The notes beneath the pieces are model-generated. The model saw only the letters and a list, made by a program, of their open reading frames with translations, made no database searches and had not been told where the DNA came from. From positions 1 to 34,489 of IMG/VR virus record IMGVR_UViG_3300024518_000018: a DNA stretch of 34,489 nt; one strand, written 5' to 3'. The DNA is from a virus. Of the stretch, positions 14,908 to 24,771 are shown one piece after another. Every line of letters begins with the position of its first letter. Positions within the stretch are counted from its first letter, which is position 1. The translations under genes were made by a program, and so were the position numbers.

Positions 14908-16178
14908 TTAACCCATCTTCCCTTAGACCAACTTAATTTTGTTGGTTCTTCAGTTATTTCTTCTGCTTCAGCTACTTGTTGTTCCTCTTCTGCTTCAGCT
15001 TCTTGTTGTTCCAAAGTAGTATTATATTCCTTTTTTACTTGTTCATTTATATTTTTAAGCTGATTTTTAAACTTCCTTAAATTTTTACCAAAGTTTTCAT
15101 CTGTCTGACCTCTATCTAAACTAGCAACAGTCGCACTTAAAAGATCTAATTCTCTTTCCGAAATTTGTCCTAATGCACCACCTGTTTTACTTGCATCTCT
15201 CATGGCTTGAAGCGTTTGAAAAGCTTGATTAGCCACTAACGTATCAATATCTGATGCAACATCTCTCGCTTTTACTCCAGGAATCAATGCCAATGGGTAC
15301 TGCAATCCAACCCCACTTTCATACCTATTGTCTTTTAGAAGTGAGTCAATGTCCTTAATTACTCTTTTGTTATTTGAAATTAGACTCGTAGCTGACTTAC
15401 GTTGAAATTTTTTATCTTCCTCTTTTTTATAGGTTTGTTTAATTAATTCTTTCTCTCTTGCCATAGAAAGGTCTTGTTGTGCTTTAGGGGAAAGTAATCT
15501 TTTTGGTGCGGTGGTAATTACTTCTTCTATTTCTTCTACTTCCCCTACTCTAGGAAGTGCATCTGATACACCTAGTGCAGCTCTTCCTGTATCTCCTACC
15601 AACGGTGCATTAGGATTAATTCCAGGTGTGCCTGGATATTGTTGTCCCGTTTCATAATATGCTTTAGATGATTTGATCCAATTGTCAAAGTCCTGTTGTT
15701 TTTCTGCATCTTTTGCTAGTTTTAATTTTGCTTTTGCTAGTTTCCCAGCTTCTATATTGCCTAATGCTGATGTCGCTGCACCCATATAGTCACCAGAGCC
15801 AATTTGTCCCCCTAATTGAGCACCCGTTAATGCTCTCCCCAAAGTTGAAGCACCCGATCCTCCAAGGATAGAACCAAGAAAACCGCCCCCTGTTGATGCT
15901 GCTCCTGCCCCTGCTGCTCCTGCCCCTGCTGCGCCTGCACCTGTTGCTGCTGCTCCTCCTGTTAAGGCTCCTGAAAGGCCACCTGTTAATAGGGTTGCTC
16001 CTGCCCCTAATGCCATACCCATCATTTTTCTTGCTGCTGATTTTTTATTGGCTTGATTGATATAATGTTGCTTCATAGCCTGTCCTAATTGTTGGGCCTC
16101 TCTATCTCTAACCCTTAAAACGTCAGCTATTCCTAACGTCTCTTCTAAGCCTTGCCTAAAATAATCTCTAAGTGCCAT
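14904..16178 (-). CDS. Gly/Ala-rich internal virion protein candidate
   Basis: 424 aa with a long G/A tract (GATLLTGGLSGALTGGAAATGAGAAGAGAAGAGAAS...) encoded by a 15-nt x3 repeat at 15898-15942. ATGA overlap with the downstream gene. Confidence 0.45.
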   Translation of the reverse strand: MALRDYFRQGLEETLGIADVLRVRDREAQQLGQAMKQHYINQANKKSAARKMMGMALGAGATLLTGGLSGALTGGAAATGAGAAGAGAAGAGAASTGGGFLGSILGGSGASTLGRALTGAQLGGQIGSGDYMGAATSALGNIEAGKLAKAKLKLAKDAEKQQDFDNWIKSSKAYYETGQQYPGTPGINPNAPLVGDTGRAALGVSDALPRVGEVEEIEEVITTAPKRLLSPKAQQDLSMAREKELIKQTYKKEEDKKFQRKSATSLISNNKRVIKDIDSLLKDNRYESGVGLQYPLALIPGVKARDVASDIDTLVANQAFQTLQAMRDASKTGGALGQISERELDLLSATVASLDRGQTDENFGKNLRKFKNQLKNINEQVKKEYNTTLEQQEAEAEEEQQVAEAEEITEEPTKLSWSKGRWVK

Positions 16179-17448
16179 ATTCCATTTTCTCCTTTTTAAT
16201 TAGAGATCCCAGTAAGTGACATATTGGAATCCCAATAAATTCAAGAATCTCTCCAAAAATATTTCGTTTATTTGTGGCTCCCATTTTATACGCCATTGAG
16301 TATGCCCAAGCTGTTGCAAATGGTCTTACTAATGTCGTTACTAATTTAGATTTTCTCATTAACTTAGATAGTGGTATTCCCCAAAAGTGATACCCTGTAA
16401 CAACTGAAACTGGAATTAACTTTGCGTATTCAGAGTCCGCTTGATAAATTTTAGAATCCAAAAGACCTTGTCGATGTAGCTCCGTACAAACTACTTTTCC
16501 TTCTTTAGGGGCACCTAATAGAGCCAACCGTTCTTGAAATTCTCTTTCTCTTTTTGGGTCACGAATAAATTCTTCGACTTGGTTCTGTATGAGTTCATAC
16601 TGTTCTTCGCCTATCGTTTCTCTCATATTCATAAAGTCATCTTCACTTAATCCCGCAGCTAATGCTGCCTCTTTTAAGTCAAGTCCTTGCTCGGTTCTTA
16701 GTTGAGTATCTTCACCAAAAAGTGCACCTAATGATTCTCGTGCCCCTCTTCCTGTTAATAATCCTCTTTGTGCCAATTCAGTTGCCATAATATCGGTCTG
16801 ATATTGTCTCTGTTGTTCTCTTTGTTGTGCTTCTCTATCTGCTTGCTCTCGTGAAAAATCATAACCACCAGCTTGTTGCTCTCTTGTAAAGTCTCGTCCT
16901 TCTCTAGCAAATTCATATCCGCCTGCTTGTTGCTCTCTTGCAAAATCTCTTCCCCGTGCAGCTTCATTCGCTGCCATTGCTTGCTGTAACATGGATTGAC
17001 CAAGCGCAGTTCCAATTTGACCTGATATTCCAGCCTCAGCTTCCCCTTGTCGTGATAAAACATCACCTAAAGACTCTTGTCCAACCCCTCCAAAAGCAAT
17101 TCCTCTTCTCGCTAGATCCCCTACTGTATAATCTAAATTTTCTTGAAATGATCTTCTTAATGGACTAACTGCCGTTGAGAAGGCCCTTTCTGCAATATCT
17201 TGCCTTAACCCTTCAAATTGCTGAGGTCCAAATGTTGACTCAGGTGGTGCTAAAGTTGATGGGGACGGTGCCTGTGCTATTCCTTGTCTAAGGGTAGATA
17301 ATGATGGACCCTGTATTCCTATCGGTGTAGGCGTAGCAACACGTAAATCAGACATTACGGGAGCAGTTACAGCTTGTTGAAGAAATCGTCGATTAGGTGA
17401 ACTGGATGTACCTCCCATAGTTATTCTTGGTCGTGATTGACTTGCCAT
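16168..17448 (-). CDS. Internal virion protein candidate with internal repeat
   Basis: 426 aa. GRDF(A/T)REQQAGGY(E/D)F(A/S)RE is duplicated (nt 16846-16953). The C-terminus is hydrophobic and Cys/His-containing. Confidence 0.45.
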   Translation of the reverse strand: MASQSRPRITMGGTSSSPNRRFLQQAVTAPVMSDLRVATPTPIGIQGPSLSTLRQGIAQAPSPSTLAPPESTFGPQQFEGLRQDIAERAFSTAVSPLRRSFQENLDYTVGDLARRGIAFGGVGQESLGDVLSRQGEAEAGISGQIGTALGQSMLQQAMAANEAARGRDFAREQQAGGYEFAREGRDFTREQQAGGYDFSREQADREAQQREQQRQYQTDIMATELAQRGLLTGRGARESLGALFGEDTQLRTEQGLDLKEAALAAGLSEDDFMNMRETIGEEQYELIQNQVEEFIRDPKREREFQERLALLGAPKEGKVVCTELHRQGLLDSKIYQADSEYAKLIPVSVVTGYHFWGIPLSKLMRKSKLVTTLVRPFATAWAYSMAYKMGATNKRNIFGEILEFIGIPICHLLGSLIKKEKMEYGT

Positions 17449-17450
17449 GA

Positions 17451-19058
17451 TTATCTCCTTTTAATTGGTCTGTAATAAATTTCCATCGAATAGATGCTCG
17501 TTTTTTCATCTACGTTCAAATTTTCAAAATGTGCCTGAAAAAAATGCCCGTTTTTGTTGAATGAGAAATTCTCAGATGCAATACCCGACGCACCTAAAAC
17601 GGTAGTTCCTATGATGATACTGCCCATAATAGCCTGTGAACCAGTATTTGAAGTGAATGTTTTGCTAATTCCTTCATCATATTTAGGAACGGAACCTTTC
17701 CCATATTTGTAAGCATTGAAATACAGGTCGATGTCCCAATTTTCTGTAGCACCTACAAAATATATTTTATTGAACCGTTTAAATACGGATTCGCCACCGA
17801 TAGGAACCCATCCAAGGGTTGCTTTTGACTCGATAGCTGTACTGTTATCGTTATTTATGGATTCGTTTAGCGTTTCTTGTACTTCTCCAATTGATGCAGT
17901 GATTCCCTTTGCACCGTATAATCTGTTCTGCCCTGTTAGATTAAATAATGTCAAAAACTGATAATCAAAGCCTGTGAACTTTCCCCAGAATGGTTGTAAG
18001 TTCGGTATAGACTCCATTGCAATTGATTTTCCGACATCAGCAAAAAAAGTTTTGTCTGGATAGTCACTCGCATTGTTACGACTTCTGTAAGATACGACGT
18101 ACAAATCCTCAAAAACAATGGCATGAGCACTCCCTTTATCTGCTTTGGATAAATCTGTATTCAAATCATTTTGTATGGAATGACTAACAATAGGGCTATC
18201 GGACCCACCTAATGTAAATTCTGCCGATGAATACGAGACTGTTGGCGAAAGAAGCCTAATGAAATTATCACTAGAAAGGTAGAACAATCCTCTTTTAGTC
18301 CTTTTGACAGTATCGGGCGATTGGGTACCAATATTCGCATCAGTTTTCAATACTTTCCAACTAGTTGGCGTTGGATCGTCCGCATTAACGAGGACATAAA
18401 CAGCATACTCTTTGAAAAGAAATAATGCATCACCCCATACTTCCATTGACTGCAAATTACCGTCAATTCCAGGTGCAATCTGTATATTGTTATTTGTACT
18501 GTCCCAGGTATCAAAATCTAAAACATCCGTGAAATATAGAGTATCCTTTCCATCTATGCCAAACATACGGTTCTTATGAAGCTTCAAATAAGTCATGTTA
18601 TCTGGCGCATTATCTGGTGCCCCTGTATTTAATATTGAGGCTTGTGGTACATTTGGTCCCACATTCAAGTCTATTTTGACGACCCCATCAGTAGCATTTG
18701 TACCATACAAAGCCTTTGTTGTGGTGAATCCTGCCCCTTCAAATCTCATTGTTTTAGATGTTGTTAGTGTTAAAGATAAGGCGTTCCAAGAGGAACCAGA
18801 CTCGTAATAAGCATCAGTTCCTTGTGTGCAGATTAACCAGTTAACACTATTTTGATCGACAAAATTGGATAATCCATAAAGTCGTCCTGCACTAGGGGGG
18901 TCCATTATTTTTGCGCCACCACCTCTTTCTGATAGGCCACCATTCTCCTGATAGAGATAATTTTCATTGTTTTGTAACTGGCCTGGTAAAAGGTTTAGGT
19001 TGTTGGTAGTTGTGTCCATCCCGATGAACCGCTCTATTTTAACAGCTTCGTATGCCAT
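17451..19058 (-). CDS. Putative tail tubular/nozzle protein
   Basis: 535 aa, sited directly before the internal-virion genes (T7 gp12-like position). The call is positional only. Confidence 0.4.
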   Translation of the reverse strand: MAYEAVKIERFIGMDTTTNNLNLLPGQLQNNENYLYQENGGLSERGGGAKIMDPPSAGRLYGLSNFVDQNSVNWLICTQGTDAYYESGSSWNALSLTLTTSKTMRFEGAGFTTTKALYGTNATDGVVKIDLNVGPNVPQASILNTGAPDNAPDNMTYLKLHKNRMFGIDGKDTLYFTDVLDFDTWDSTNNNIQIAPGIDGNLQSMEVWGDALFLFKEYAVYVLVNADDPTPTSWKVLKTDANIGTQSPDTVKRTKRGLFYLSSDNFIRLLSPTVSYSSAEFTLGGSDSPIVSHSIQNDLNTDLSKADKGSAHAIVFEDLYVVSYRSRNNASDYPDKTFFADVGKSIAMESIPNLQPFWGKFTGFDYQFLTLFNLTGQNRLYGAKGITASIGEVQETLNESINNDNSTAIESKATLGWVPIGGESVFKRFNKIYFVGATENWDIDLYFNAYKYGKGSVPKYDEGISKTFTSNTGSQAIMGSIIIGTTVLGASGIASENFSFNKNGHFFQAHFENLNVDEKTSIYSMEIYYRPIKRR

Positions 19059-19771
19059 TAATTCCCCCCAAATAGAACAGATGGATCTCTAAAGTCTCTT
19101 CCACTTACCCTAAAAACAGATGGGTCCATTTGGATAATATCGGAGTCATTGAAATCTAAATCAACGTTAATTTCGTTTCTTTCTCTCCTAGCCAAAATAT
19201 CAAATTTCATCTGATTGTCCTGATCGTCGATGGCTTGATAAGCCAAAGCACTGGCCATATAAGCGATTAAAAAGTCATAAGAATCGGGCAATGTGGTTGT
19301 ATCAGAATCAGAAGCTAGTGTAGTAGGTACATCGATACTATATATTTTTATTCCTGTACTTGATGTGTGTGTAAAATATTTATTTGTGATGATCGAATTT
19401 CCTCGAATTGCAAAATAGGAAGGATCACCTTTGTTGGCACTATTGAAAAAATTATTTGATCCTTCAAGCACAATTAATTGTTGTAATGACCGATGAATTA
19501 ACTGTCTTCCAGTTCCTGTAGAAGAAAAATAGTAAATGATCTCTGGATACAAGATACTGGCGTTCAATGTGACGGTATTTGTTCCTGACGTGATAGAATG
19601 GTCAATTGGAGTTGCATTTTTAAACTCTTGAGGCTTTATATCTCTGGCTATTTTTAGTATTGATTTATTTATATAGTCGGTTACTGAAGTAGTGGTTGGT
19701 GTTGTATCGCCAGTAAAGCTAATATCCATTTGAGATTCTATAATTCCCCGTAAAACTGCCAATGTACTCAT
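19058..19771 (-). CDS. Putative head-tail adaptor / tail tubular A-like protein
   Basis: 237 aa, 1-nt overlap with the downstream gene. The call is positional only. Confidence 0.35.
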   Translation of the reverse strand: MSTLAVLRGIIESQMDISFTGDTTPTTTSVTDYINKSILKIARDIKPQEFKNATPIDHSITSGTNTVTLNASILYPEIIYYFSSTGTGRQLIHRSLQQLIVLEGSNNFFNSANKGDPSYFAIRGNSIITNKYFTHTSSTGIKIYSIDVPTTLASDSDTTTLPDSYDFLIAYMASALAYQAIDDQDNQMKFDILARRERNEINVDLDFNDSDIIQMDPSVFRVSGRDFRDPSVLFGGN

Positions 19772-20058
19772 TCTCTACCACCCTCCTCATCTATTTTCCA
19801 ATCTAATACGTCAAATTCTTCTTGAGTTAAAAGTTCTCCCTGTTCTGTTTCATTCAACAAACTTTCATCTTCCTCTGGTATATTTAGTGAATAGTCATCT
19901 GAATTTGCCTTTTTCAAACAGTTGAACCAATATTGGGTTACTTTCCCATTTGTATTTTCTTTGGAGTGAATGGGATCTCCATTTGCTCCTTGTTCCTGAG
20001 CGACACGATTATTTACTATCGTTTTTTCTTCGTAACTGTTGAAAATCAAATATTTCAT
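19768..20058 (-). CDS. Hypothetical acidic structural-module protein
   Basis: 96-aa ORF, ATGA-coupled to the downstream gene. Confidence 0.45.
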   Translation of the reverse strand: MKYLIFNSYEEKTIVNNRVAQEQGANGDPIHSKENTNGKVTQYWFNCLKKANSDDYSLNIPEEDESLLNETEQGELLTQEEFDVLDWKIDEEGGRE

Positions 20059-20061
20059 TAT

Positions 20062-21222
20062 TTATACCTCCCGAGCCCTTAAAACAGCGCTCAACTTGTC
20101 TAAAAGCTCAAGACAATAGGCCCCATTAAATTCCTCTCTAGAAAGGCAAAAATTGTTGTATAGATCGACTTTAGACCCTATTGATCCATGCGATGTAGTT
20201 GAAGATGGTGTCGTTGCTTCATTAACCAAATGAGTTACCTCGTTTAACGACCAAGAATATACGGGTAGGTTATCATTCGAATTGGATTTTATTTTTTTGT
20301 CGTAGTCAATTCCCCTACAATATATTATGGCGAGATTTCGATCTCTCGTTATCTCTTCAAACATACCCGAAGTATAAGTGTTCGTTACACCATCTTCAAA
20401 AAAGGTCACTGTTGGGTTGGAGTTGTAGTTATACATATTGGATTCCGTATCATAGTCAAATAAATCCCCAATCGAATTGCCGACAGGATTGGCAAGCCAA
20501 TAGGTTGCGTAATCTACGCCAGTGATTGGCCTTCTGTCAGTCGTTGTTGACCCATCCTTTGTACAATAGTAATAATTTGTGTCTGTACCTAGCATAACTG
20601 CAGGCCTACCATATATTGATGATTTGAATTCAGAGGCACTTTCTTCATCAATGGTCTGATTTTTTGTAGAGGTAAAATTACAAATCATAATCTGTGAATC
20701 AGAAACAGGCTGCTGGTCAGTACGTTGGATACGAGATAGTAATAATACACCGCTGATCGCCGCAAATTTTCTCACCAAGGTAAGTTTGGTTGATGTCGAG
20801 CCCAAATCTCCCTTGATGCACGGTTCACCGTACAAATTTCTATATAATGTACCTGGAAAACCAACGCCAACCGAATTGACAATTTGAGGCTGATTTCCTG
20901 CTACACTCTGATAGAGGTCAGTTTTATATACTGAATCAAGTCCACCATGTGACCATACACTAATCCAATCTCTTCTATTGTCTTGCTGATCATAAAATTT
21001 AGTGACATAGCCACCTGAATTATCGCCAACAAAATCCAATAATGCCTTTTCGTCTATCCAAGACCCTGGCTTTTTTCCTGTAAAGTGAATATCCTGCTCA
21101 ACATTGTCACTATCTCTACGAACTCTCAAGGATGGGCCTTCATATTGGGCTACCATCTTTTGGAGTCCCCAACAGCAATCGGCAAATAACTGAAAATGTT
21201 TGTATTTCTTCAGTTTTTTCAT
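20062..21222 (-). CDS. Hypothetical structural-module protein
   Basis: 386-aa ORF in the late operon. No motif I can name with confidence. Confidence 0.5.
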   Translation of the reverse strand: MKKLKKYKHFQLFADCCWGLQKMVAQYEGPSLRVRRDSDNVEQDIHFTGKKPGSWIDEKALLDFVGDNSGGYVTKFYDQQDNRRDWISVWSHGGLDSVYKTDLYQSVAGNQPQIVNSVGVGFPGTLYRNLYGEPCIKGDLGSTSTKLTLVRKFAAISGVLLLSRIQRTDQQPVSDSQIMICNFTSTKNQTIDEESASEFKSSIYGRPAVMLGTDTNYYYCTKDGSTTTDRRPITGVDYATYWLANPVGNSIGDLFDYDTESNMYNYNSNPTVTFFEDGVTNTYTSGMFEEITRDRNLAIIYCRGIDYDKKIKSNSNDNLPVYSWSLNEVTHLVNEATTPSSTTSHGSIGSKVDLYNNFCLSREEFNGAYCLELLDKLSAVLRAREV

Positions 21223-21224
21223 GA

Positions 21225-21932
21225 TTACTCCACCCGATAGAAATCACATGTTATTTTGAAATCTTCGCTTCCTGTCACACTCCATGCACTTGCAGATTGA
21301 ATACAAACAAATAATGATGTGCTCGATCCGTCTGTATGAACTAAATATTCTGAACTATCATCACTCAAATGAACTGATGTCGATGTGGATGTCGTTTTGT
21401 TCCAAACAGCGACTTTAGCTTCCATATCCTCAGTTTCAGAAGCTGTCAATAAAATATCGCCTCCTTCAACCTGTGCTGATCCTGGCACGCTGTTCATAAC
21501 AAATATATTTAGATTCCCTATAGATGATTCTGCACCACCACTTGTTCCAATCCTAATATTTTTTAGGATAACTGCATCACCATTAGACAATGCAACTGTT
21601 GTTAATTCATGAAAAAAGTTACCACTAGCTTCTATAATGCCGTTAACAGCAACTGAAACTGCTGATGCACCTGCTCTTGTAACGTTAATTTGTTTTCTAA
21701 CAATTTTGTATTTTTGTTCAGCCTTCAACGTACCTTCCACCGCAGTTTTAATATCTGTTGTGTTGGTGGATGTTGTTCCTGTATTGGTTCCTACAGTAGT
21801 TATGCCAGCAGAAATTGTTGCTGAATTTGTTTCCAAATGCTCCCCTATAAAAGGGTTCCCCGATGTACCCGTACCAGATGATTTCAGGTATTTAGTGGTT
21901 GCTGCTCCATCGGTAATTTGTATATTTGCCAT
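21225..21932 (-). CDS. Ser/Thr-rich virion surface protein candidate
   Basis: 235 aa with tracts such as TVGTNTGTTSTNTTD and NKTTSTSTSVHLSDDSS. It follows the spike-base-like gene. Confidence 0.45.
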   Translation of the reverse strand: MANIQITDGAATTKYLKSSGTGTSGNPFIGEHLETNSATISAGITTVGTNTGTTSTNTTDIKTAVEGTLKAEQKYKIVRKQINVTRAGASAVSVAVNGIIEASGNFFHELTTVALSNGDAVILKNIRIGTSGGAESSIGNLNIFVMNSVPGSAQVEGGDILLTASETEDMEAKVAVWNKTTSTSTSVHLSDDSSEYLVHTDGSSTSLFVCIQSASAWSVTGSEDFKITCDFYRVE

Positions 21933-22076
21933 TTAATTTGCTCCTTTTTTTTAGATTACACTTATATACATCGAATTTAGGGAATTGCTAAAGTCTAGTT
22001 TTCTGTCTCCCACTGGGTCTGGTGGTACTGAAATTTCTTTGACCGTAGACAATGTAAATGCGACTGATATTTCCAC

Positions 22077-22340
22077 CTATAGTAGCCCTACAATAGAACT
22101 CGCTGTTGTGTTAGTGGCCATTACTTTAACGGGCTTGATCGGAACAACAGTAGATTCGGCAACATTGTCAAATAATGTGACGTTGCCATCTACATCTTCC
22201 ACAGATAGATCACCACCACTGCCAACATAAATTGCTCTGACAGCCCTTGGGACATCGAGAGTATCAGATGGTGTAAGTGCTATAAATTTTTGTGAAGGTT
22301 CCGTTTTACTTGGGGGTGTGGACGTGTCATATAGTGCCAT
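22077..22340 (-). CDS. Small spike-base-like protein
   Basis: 87 aa. LTPSDT...RAIYVGSGGDLSV...GNVTLF...VPIKPVKVMATNTTASSIVGL matches my memory of the short phage/GTA head-spike base family. AAGGAG RBS. Confidence 0.5.
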   Translation of the reverse strand: MALYDTSTPPSKTEPSQKFIALTPSDTLDVPRAVRAIYVGSGGDLSVEDVDGNVTLFDNVAESTVVPIKPVKVMATNTTASSIVGLL

Positions 22341-22399
22341 TTTAATCTCCTTTTTTGCTAATTTGGACTATCCGCAAAAAAGGGTTTATAGTCTACCTA

Positions 22400-22413
22400 C
22401 CTATAATTATAAA
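22400..22413 (-). promoter_or_regulatory. 12/14 copy of the TCTATAATTATAGA palindrome (late-promoter candidate)
   Basis: cctataattataaa lies in the gap between the GT cassette and the spike-base gene, about 60 nt upstream of the ATG at 22340. Confidence 0.45.
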
Positions 22414-22437
22414 CTATTTTCCTATATATTGGAAACA

Positions 22438-23472
22438 TCAAATCTGACTTTTTAGCCACTTAGCAAGTCTATGGCAATTTTTAGTGATGCTATAGTTTTT
22501 TCTATTCTGCGTAAACAGATCTTCTTTTTTAATTTTTTGATCGATTGTTAAATCGAAATTCAAGTTATCCCTTAGCATGATAGAACCGTTTGTTTTGCTA
22601 TATGGTTCTACATTAGACGCAATGACAGGAACAGACATGCTGGACCATTCCAGCCATTTCAAATTGCTTTTACAACGGTTAAATTCCGTGTCTCTTAAGG
22701 GTGCTAACCCAATATCAATATTCAAATCGTATAGACGTTGTGGATATTCATGTATATCCCAAGCAACAGTCTTGAAATCAATTCGCTCATCCGTTAAAAA
22801 TTCAGGTTTATGGCCACCATATCTGATTTTTAGTATGACATCATCTTTACATTTTTTTAAACCCTCATTCAAGATATATAGATCTTCGTCATGTCCTGAT
22901 CCAGCAACGTAACCGTAAGTAAGTTTCTTATTGGGGGCTCTCTTATTATTTTTTCTATATTTCCAAGTTTTAGGATCAATACAAAGAGGGGCAACAAAAA
23001 CATTTTCATTGAATTTTTTACAATGTTCGGCTAAATAGTCCGTCGAACAAATGACTCCATCGCTTAGCTCACAGTGATGAGCTGCGTGCTTATGATGGGC
23101 TTTGAATTTATCGATATTGAAATTTGAAGGTGTTACATCTCCGATATGATCGTCAACCTCGGCGAATATCTTTGTTTTTGGAAATTGTTCTCTCATTTTA
23201 GAGATCAAAGCTAATCCCTGTTTATTTTGTATTTTCTGAAAAATAATCACATCAAAATAGTCATACGCAGCGTATAATTTATTTTGGATGTTTTTGGCAT
23301 CCTCCAAACCTTCTTCTAGGCAAATAGCATCCCATGCAATATTTGATTGTGGGGGATAAAAATAGTCAACGTAAACTTTAACACCGCTGACTTTTAGAAG
23401 ATGTGTAGCATAGTTTTCAATTCTCCAATAAATAACACCTGTATTCATAGTAGGGATATACAGAACCTTCAT
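22438..23472 (-). CDS. GT-B-like glycosyltransferase (start moved to 23472)
   Basis: A GGAGG inside the upstream gene lies 7 nt before the ATG at 23472, giving an ATGA overlap with the methyltransferase stop. The C-terminal segment LAPLRDTEFNRCKSNLKWLEWSSMSVPVIASNVEPY resembles GT1/GT4 C-domains. Confidence 0.6.
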   Translation of the reverse strand: MKVLYIPTMNTGVIYWRIENYATHLLKVSGVKVYVDYFYPPQSNIAWDAICLEEGLEDAKNIQNKLYAAYDYFDVIIFQKIQNKQGLALISKMREQFPKTKIFAEVDDHIGDVTPSNFNIDKFKAHHKHAAHHCELSDGVICSTDYLAEHCKKFNENVFVAPLCIDPKTWKYRKNNKRAPNKKLTYGYVAGSGHDEDLYILNEGLKKCKDDVILKIRYGGHKPEFLTDERIDFKTVAWDIHEYPQRLYDLNIDIGLAPLRDTEFNRCKSNLKWLEWSSMSVPVIASNVEPYSKTNGSIMLRDNLNFDLTIDQKIKKEDLFTQNRKNYSITKNCHRLAKWLKSQI

Positions 23473-24113
23473 TTTTTCGCCTCCAGACATAAATATTGTG
23501 GTGCTGAGGGACTTATACCAAATTTTTCACAATAGTCCTTCACAAATGGAATTTCGTAGTATGAGACACTATCTCTTTTGAATCTCGAATACATCACATT
23601 ATATATTTTTTCTGCTGTAAAATTCTGATGATGGAAGTCACCTAACGTTTCACATATCTTAGAAAAGGGATGGGGGATTGTAACAAGCATGATACCGCCC
23701 TTTTTCAAGACTCTCCATGCCTCTGAAATGGCATCGAAAGGATTGTAGAGATGCTCCAAAACCTCACAACAAAGGACGGTATCAAATTTCTTATCCCCAA
23801 ATTGCGAAAGATTTTCAGCTTCCCCAACTTCTGCTCTAACCCCTCTTTTTTTAGCTATTTCGACAATTTCAGGTACCACATCAATTCCTCTCACATAACA
23901 TTTTTTTTCTGTTTGAAGCGGTATAGAGAAAATACCAGTATTGCAGCCGATGTCCAAAACAATTGAACCTTCTGGCGTTTTCTCCATGACCCACAAAAAC
24001 CGCATATAATCTCTCGATAGGTAAGTTCCCTTTCCATTATTAAGGCCATCAGATCTATAGTTTTTGATATGATCGTATTGAGCATCAATTTTGTTCTTGT
24101 ACTTCAATCCCAA
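23469..24113 (-). CDS. Class I SAM-dependent methyltransferase
   Basis: VLDIGCNTGIFS (motif I), VRGIDVVPEIV, FDTVLCCEVLEHL, LKKGGIMLVTIP. Apparent TTG start. Confidence 0.75.
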   Translation of the reverse strand: MGLKYKNKIDAQYDHIKNYRSDGLNNGKGTYLSRDYMRFLWVMEKTPEGSIVLDIGCNTGIFSIPLQTEKKCYVRGIDVVPEIVEIAKKRGVRAEVGEAENLSQFGDKKFDTVLCCEVLEHLYNPFDAISEAWRVLKKGGIMLVTIPHPFSKICETLGDFHHQNFTAEKIYNVMYSRFKRDSVSYYEIPFVKDYCEKFGISPSAPQYLCLEAKK

Positions 24114-24771
24114 ATTCCTCTTCGTATATACGTTTCTTTATCTTCCAGGCATCGATTTTATTTCTGTGAGAATCGCCTTCATATTTTAGCATCAATGTTT
24201 TTTCACTGTAACCAAATTTAGCCCCTTCTTTATGGCAAGTCAAAAGGAAAGCTTCATAAAGATCAGTCTCTATGGTTTCTTCTCGATACGGTATTTTGAG
24301 TGCCCACTCTCTTTTGTATGCTACTGTCGGATTACAAATTGAGCACTTAGATTTGAAATCCCACTCATTCACAGGATGAACTCCAACAACGTTTGGGTCT
24401 TGCGAGCTTTGCAAATTAGCACCAGAATAAAAAATATCGATATCATCCTCTTTGAACTTCTGTAATATTTCCTCTCCTCTATTTGGGTAATAGAGGTCGG
24501 CATCACATAATGCAATAATGTCACCGCTGGCTTTCCTATTTAAAAAATTTCTTCCTTTCGCATGCCCAATTCTCTTATCGCTATGCGTGATCCTAATATT
24601 GTCATATTTACGTCCAAGAAAATGTAAAATATGAGTGGTATTGTCTGTAGAACAGTCATTGAAAACTAAAATCTCTCCCTTTTCGGTCTGATCGACAAGT
24701 GATTTTATACATTGGGCGATGGTAGCCTGAGCATTATATACAGGTAGGCAATAACTTATTTTTTTAGACAT
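24085..24771 (-). CDS. Family-2 (GT-A) glycosyltransferase
   Basis: ISYCLPVYNAQATIAQCIKSLVDQT, DCSTDNT and CDAD (DxD). Confidence 0.75.
   Translation of the reverse strand: MSKKISYCLPVYNAQATIAQCIKSLVDQTEKGEILVFNDCSTDNTTHILHFLGRKYDNIRITHSDKRIGHAKGRNFLNRKASGDIIALCDADLYYPNRGEEILQKFKEDDIDIFYSGANLQSSQDPNVVGVHPVNEWDFKSKCSICNPTVAYKREWALKIPYREETIETDLYEAFLLTCHKEGAKFGYSEKTLMLKYEGDSHRNKIDAWKIKKRIYEEEFGIEVQEQN

Noticed and set aside
15898-15942. GC-rich island as foreign insertion or regulatory element
   Set aside because: It is in frame within the 424-aa gene and encodes the Gly/Ala tract, so the GC enrichment follows from GCN/GGN codons.
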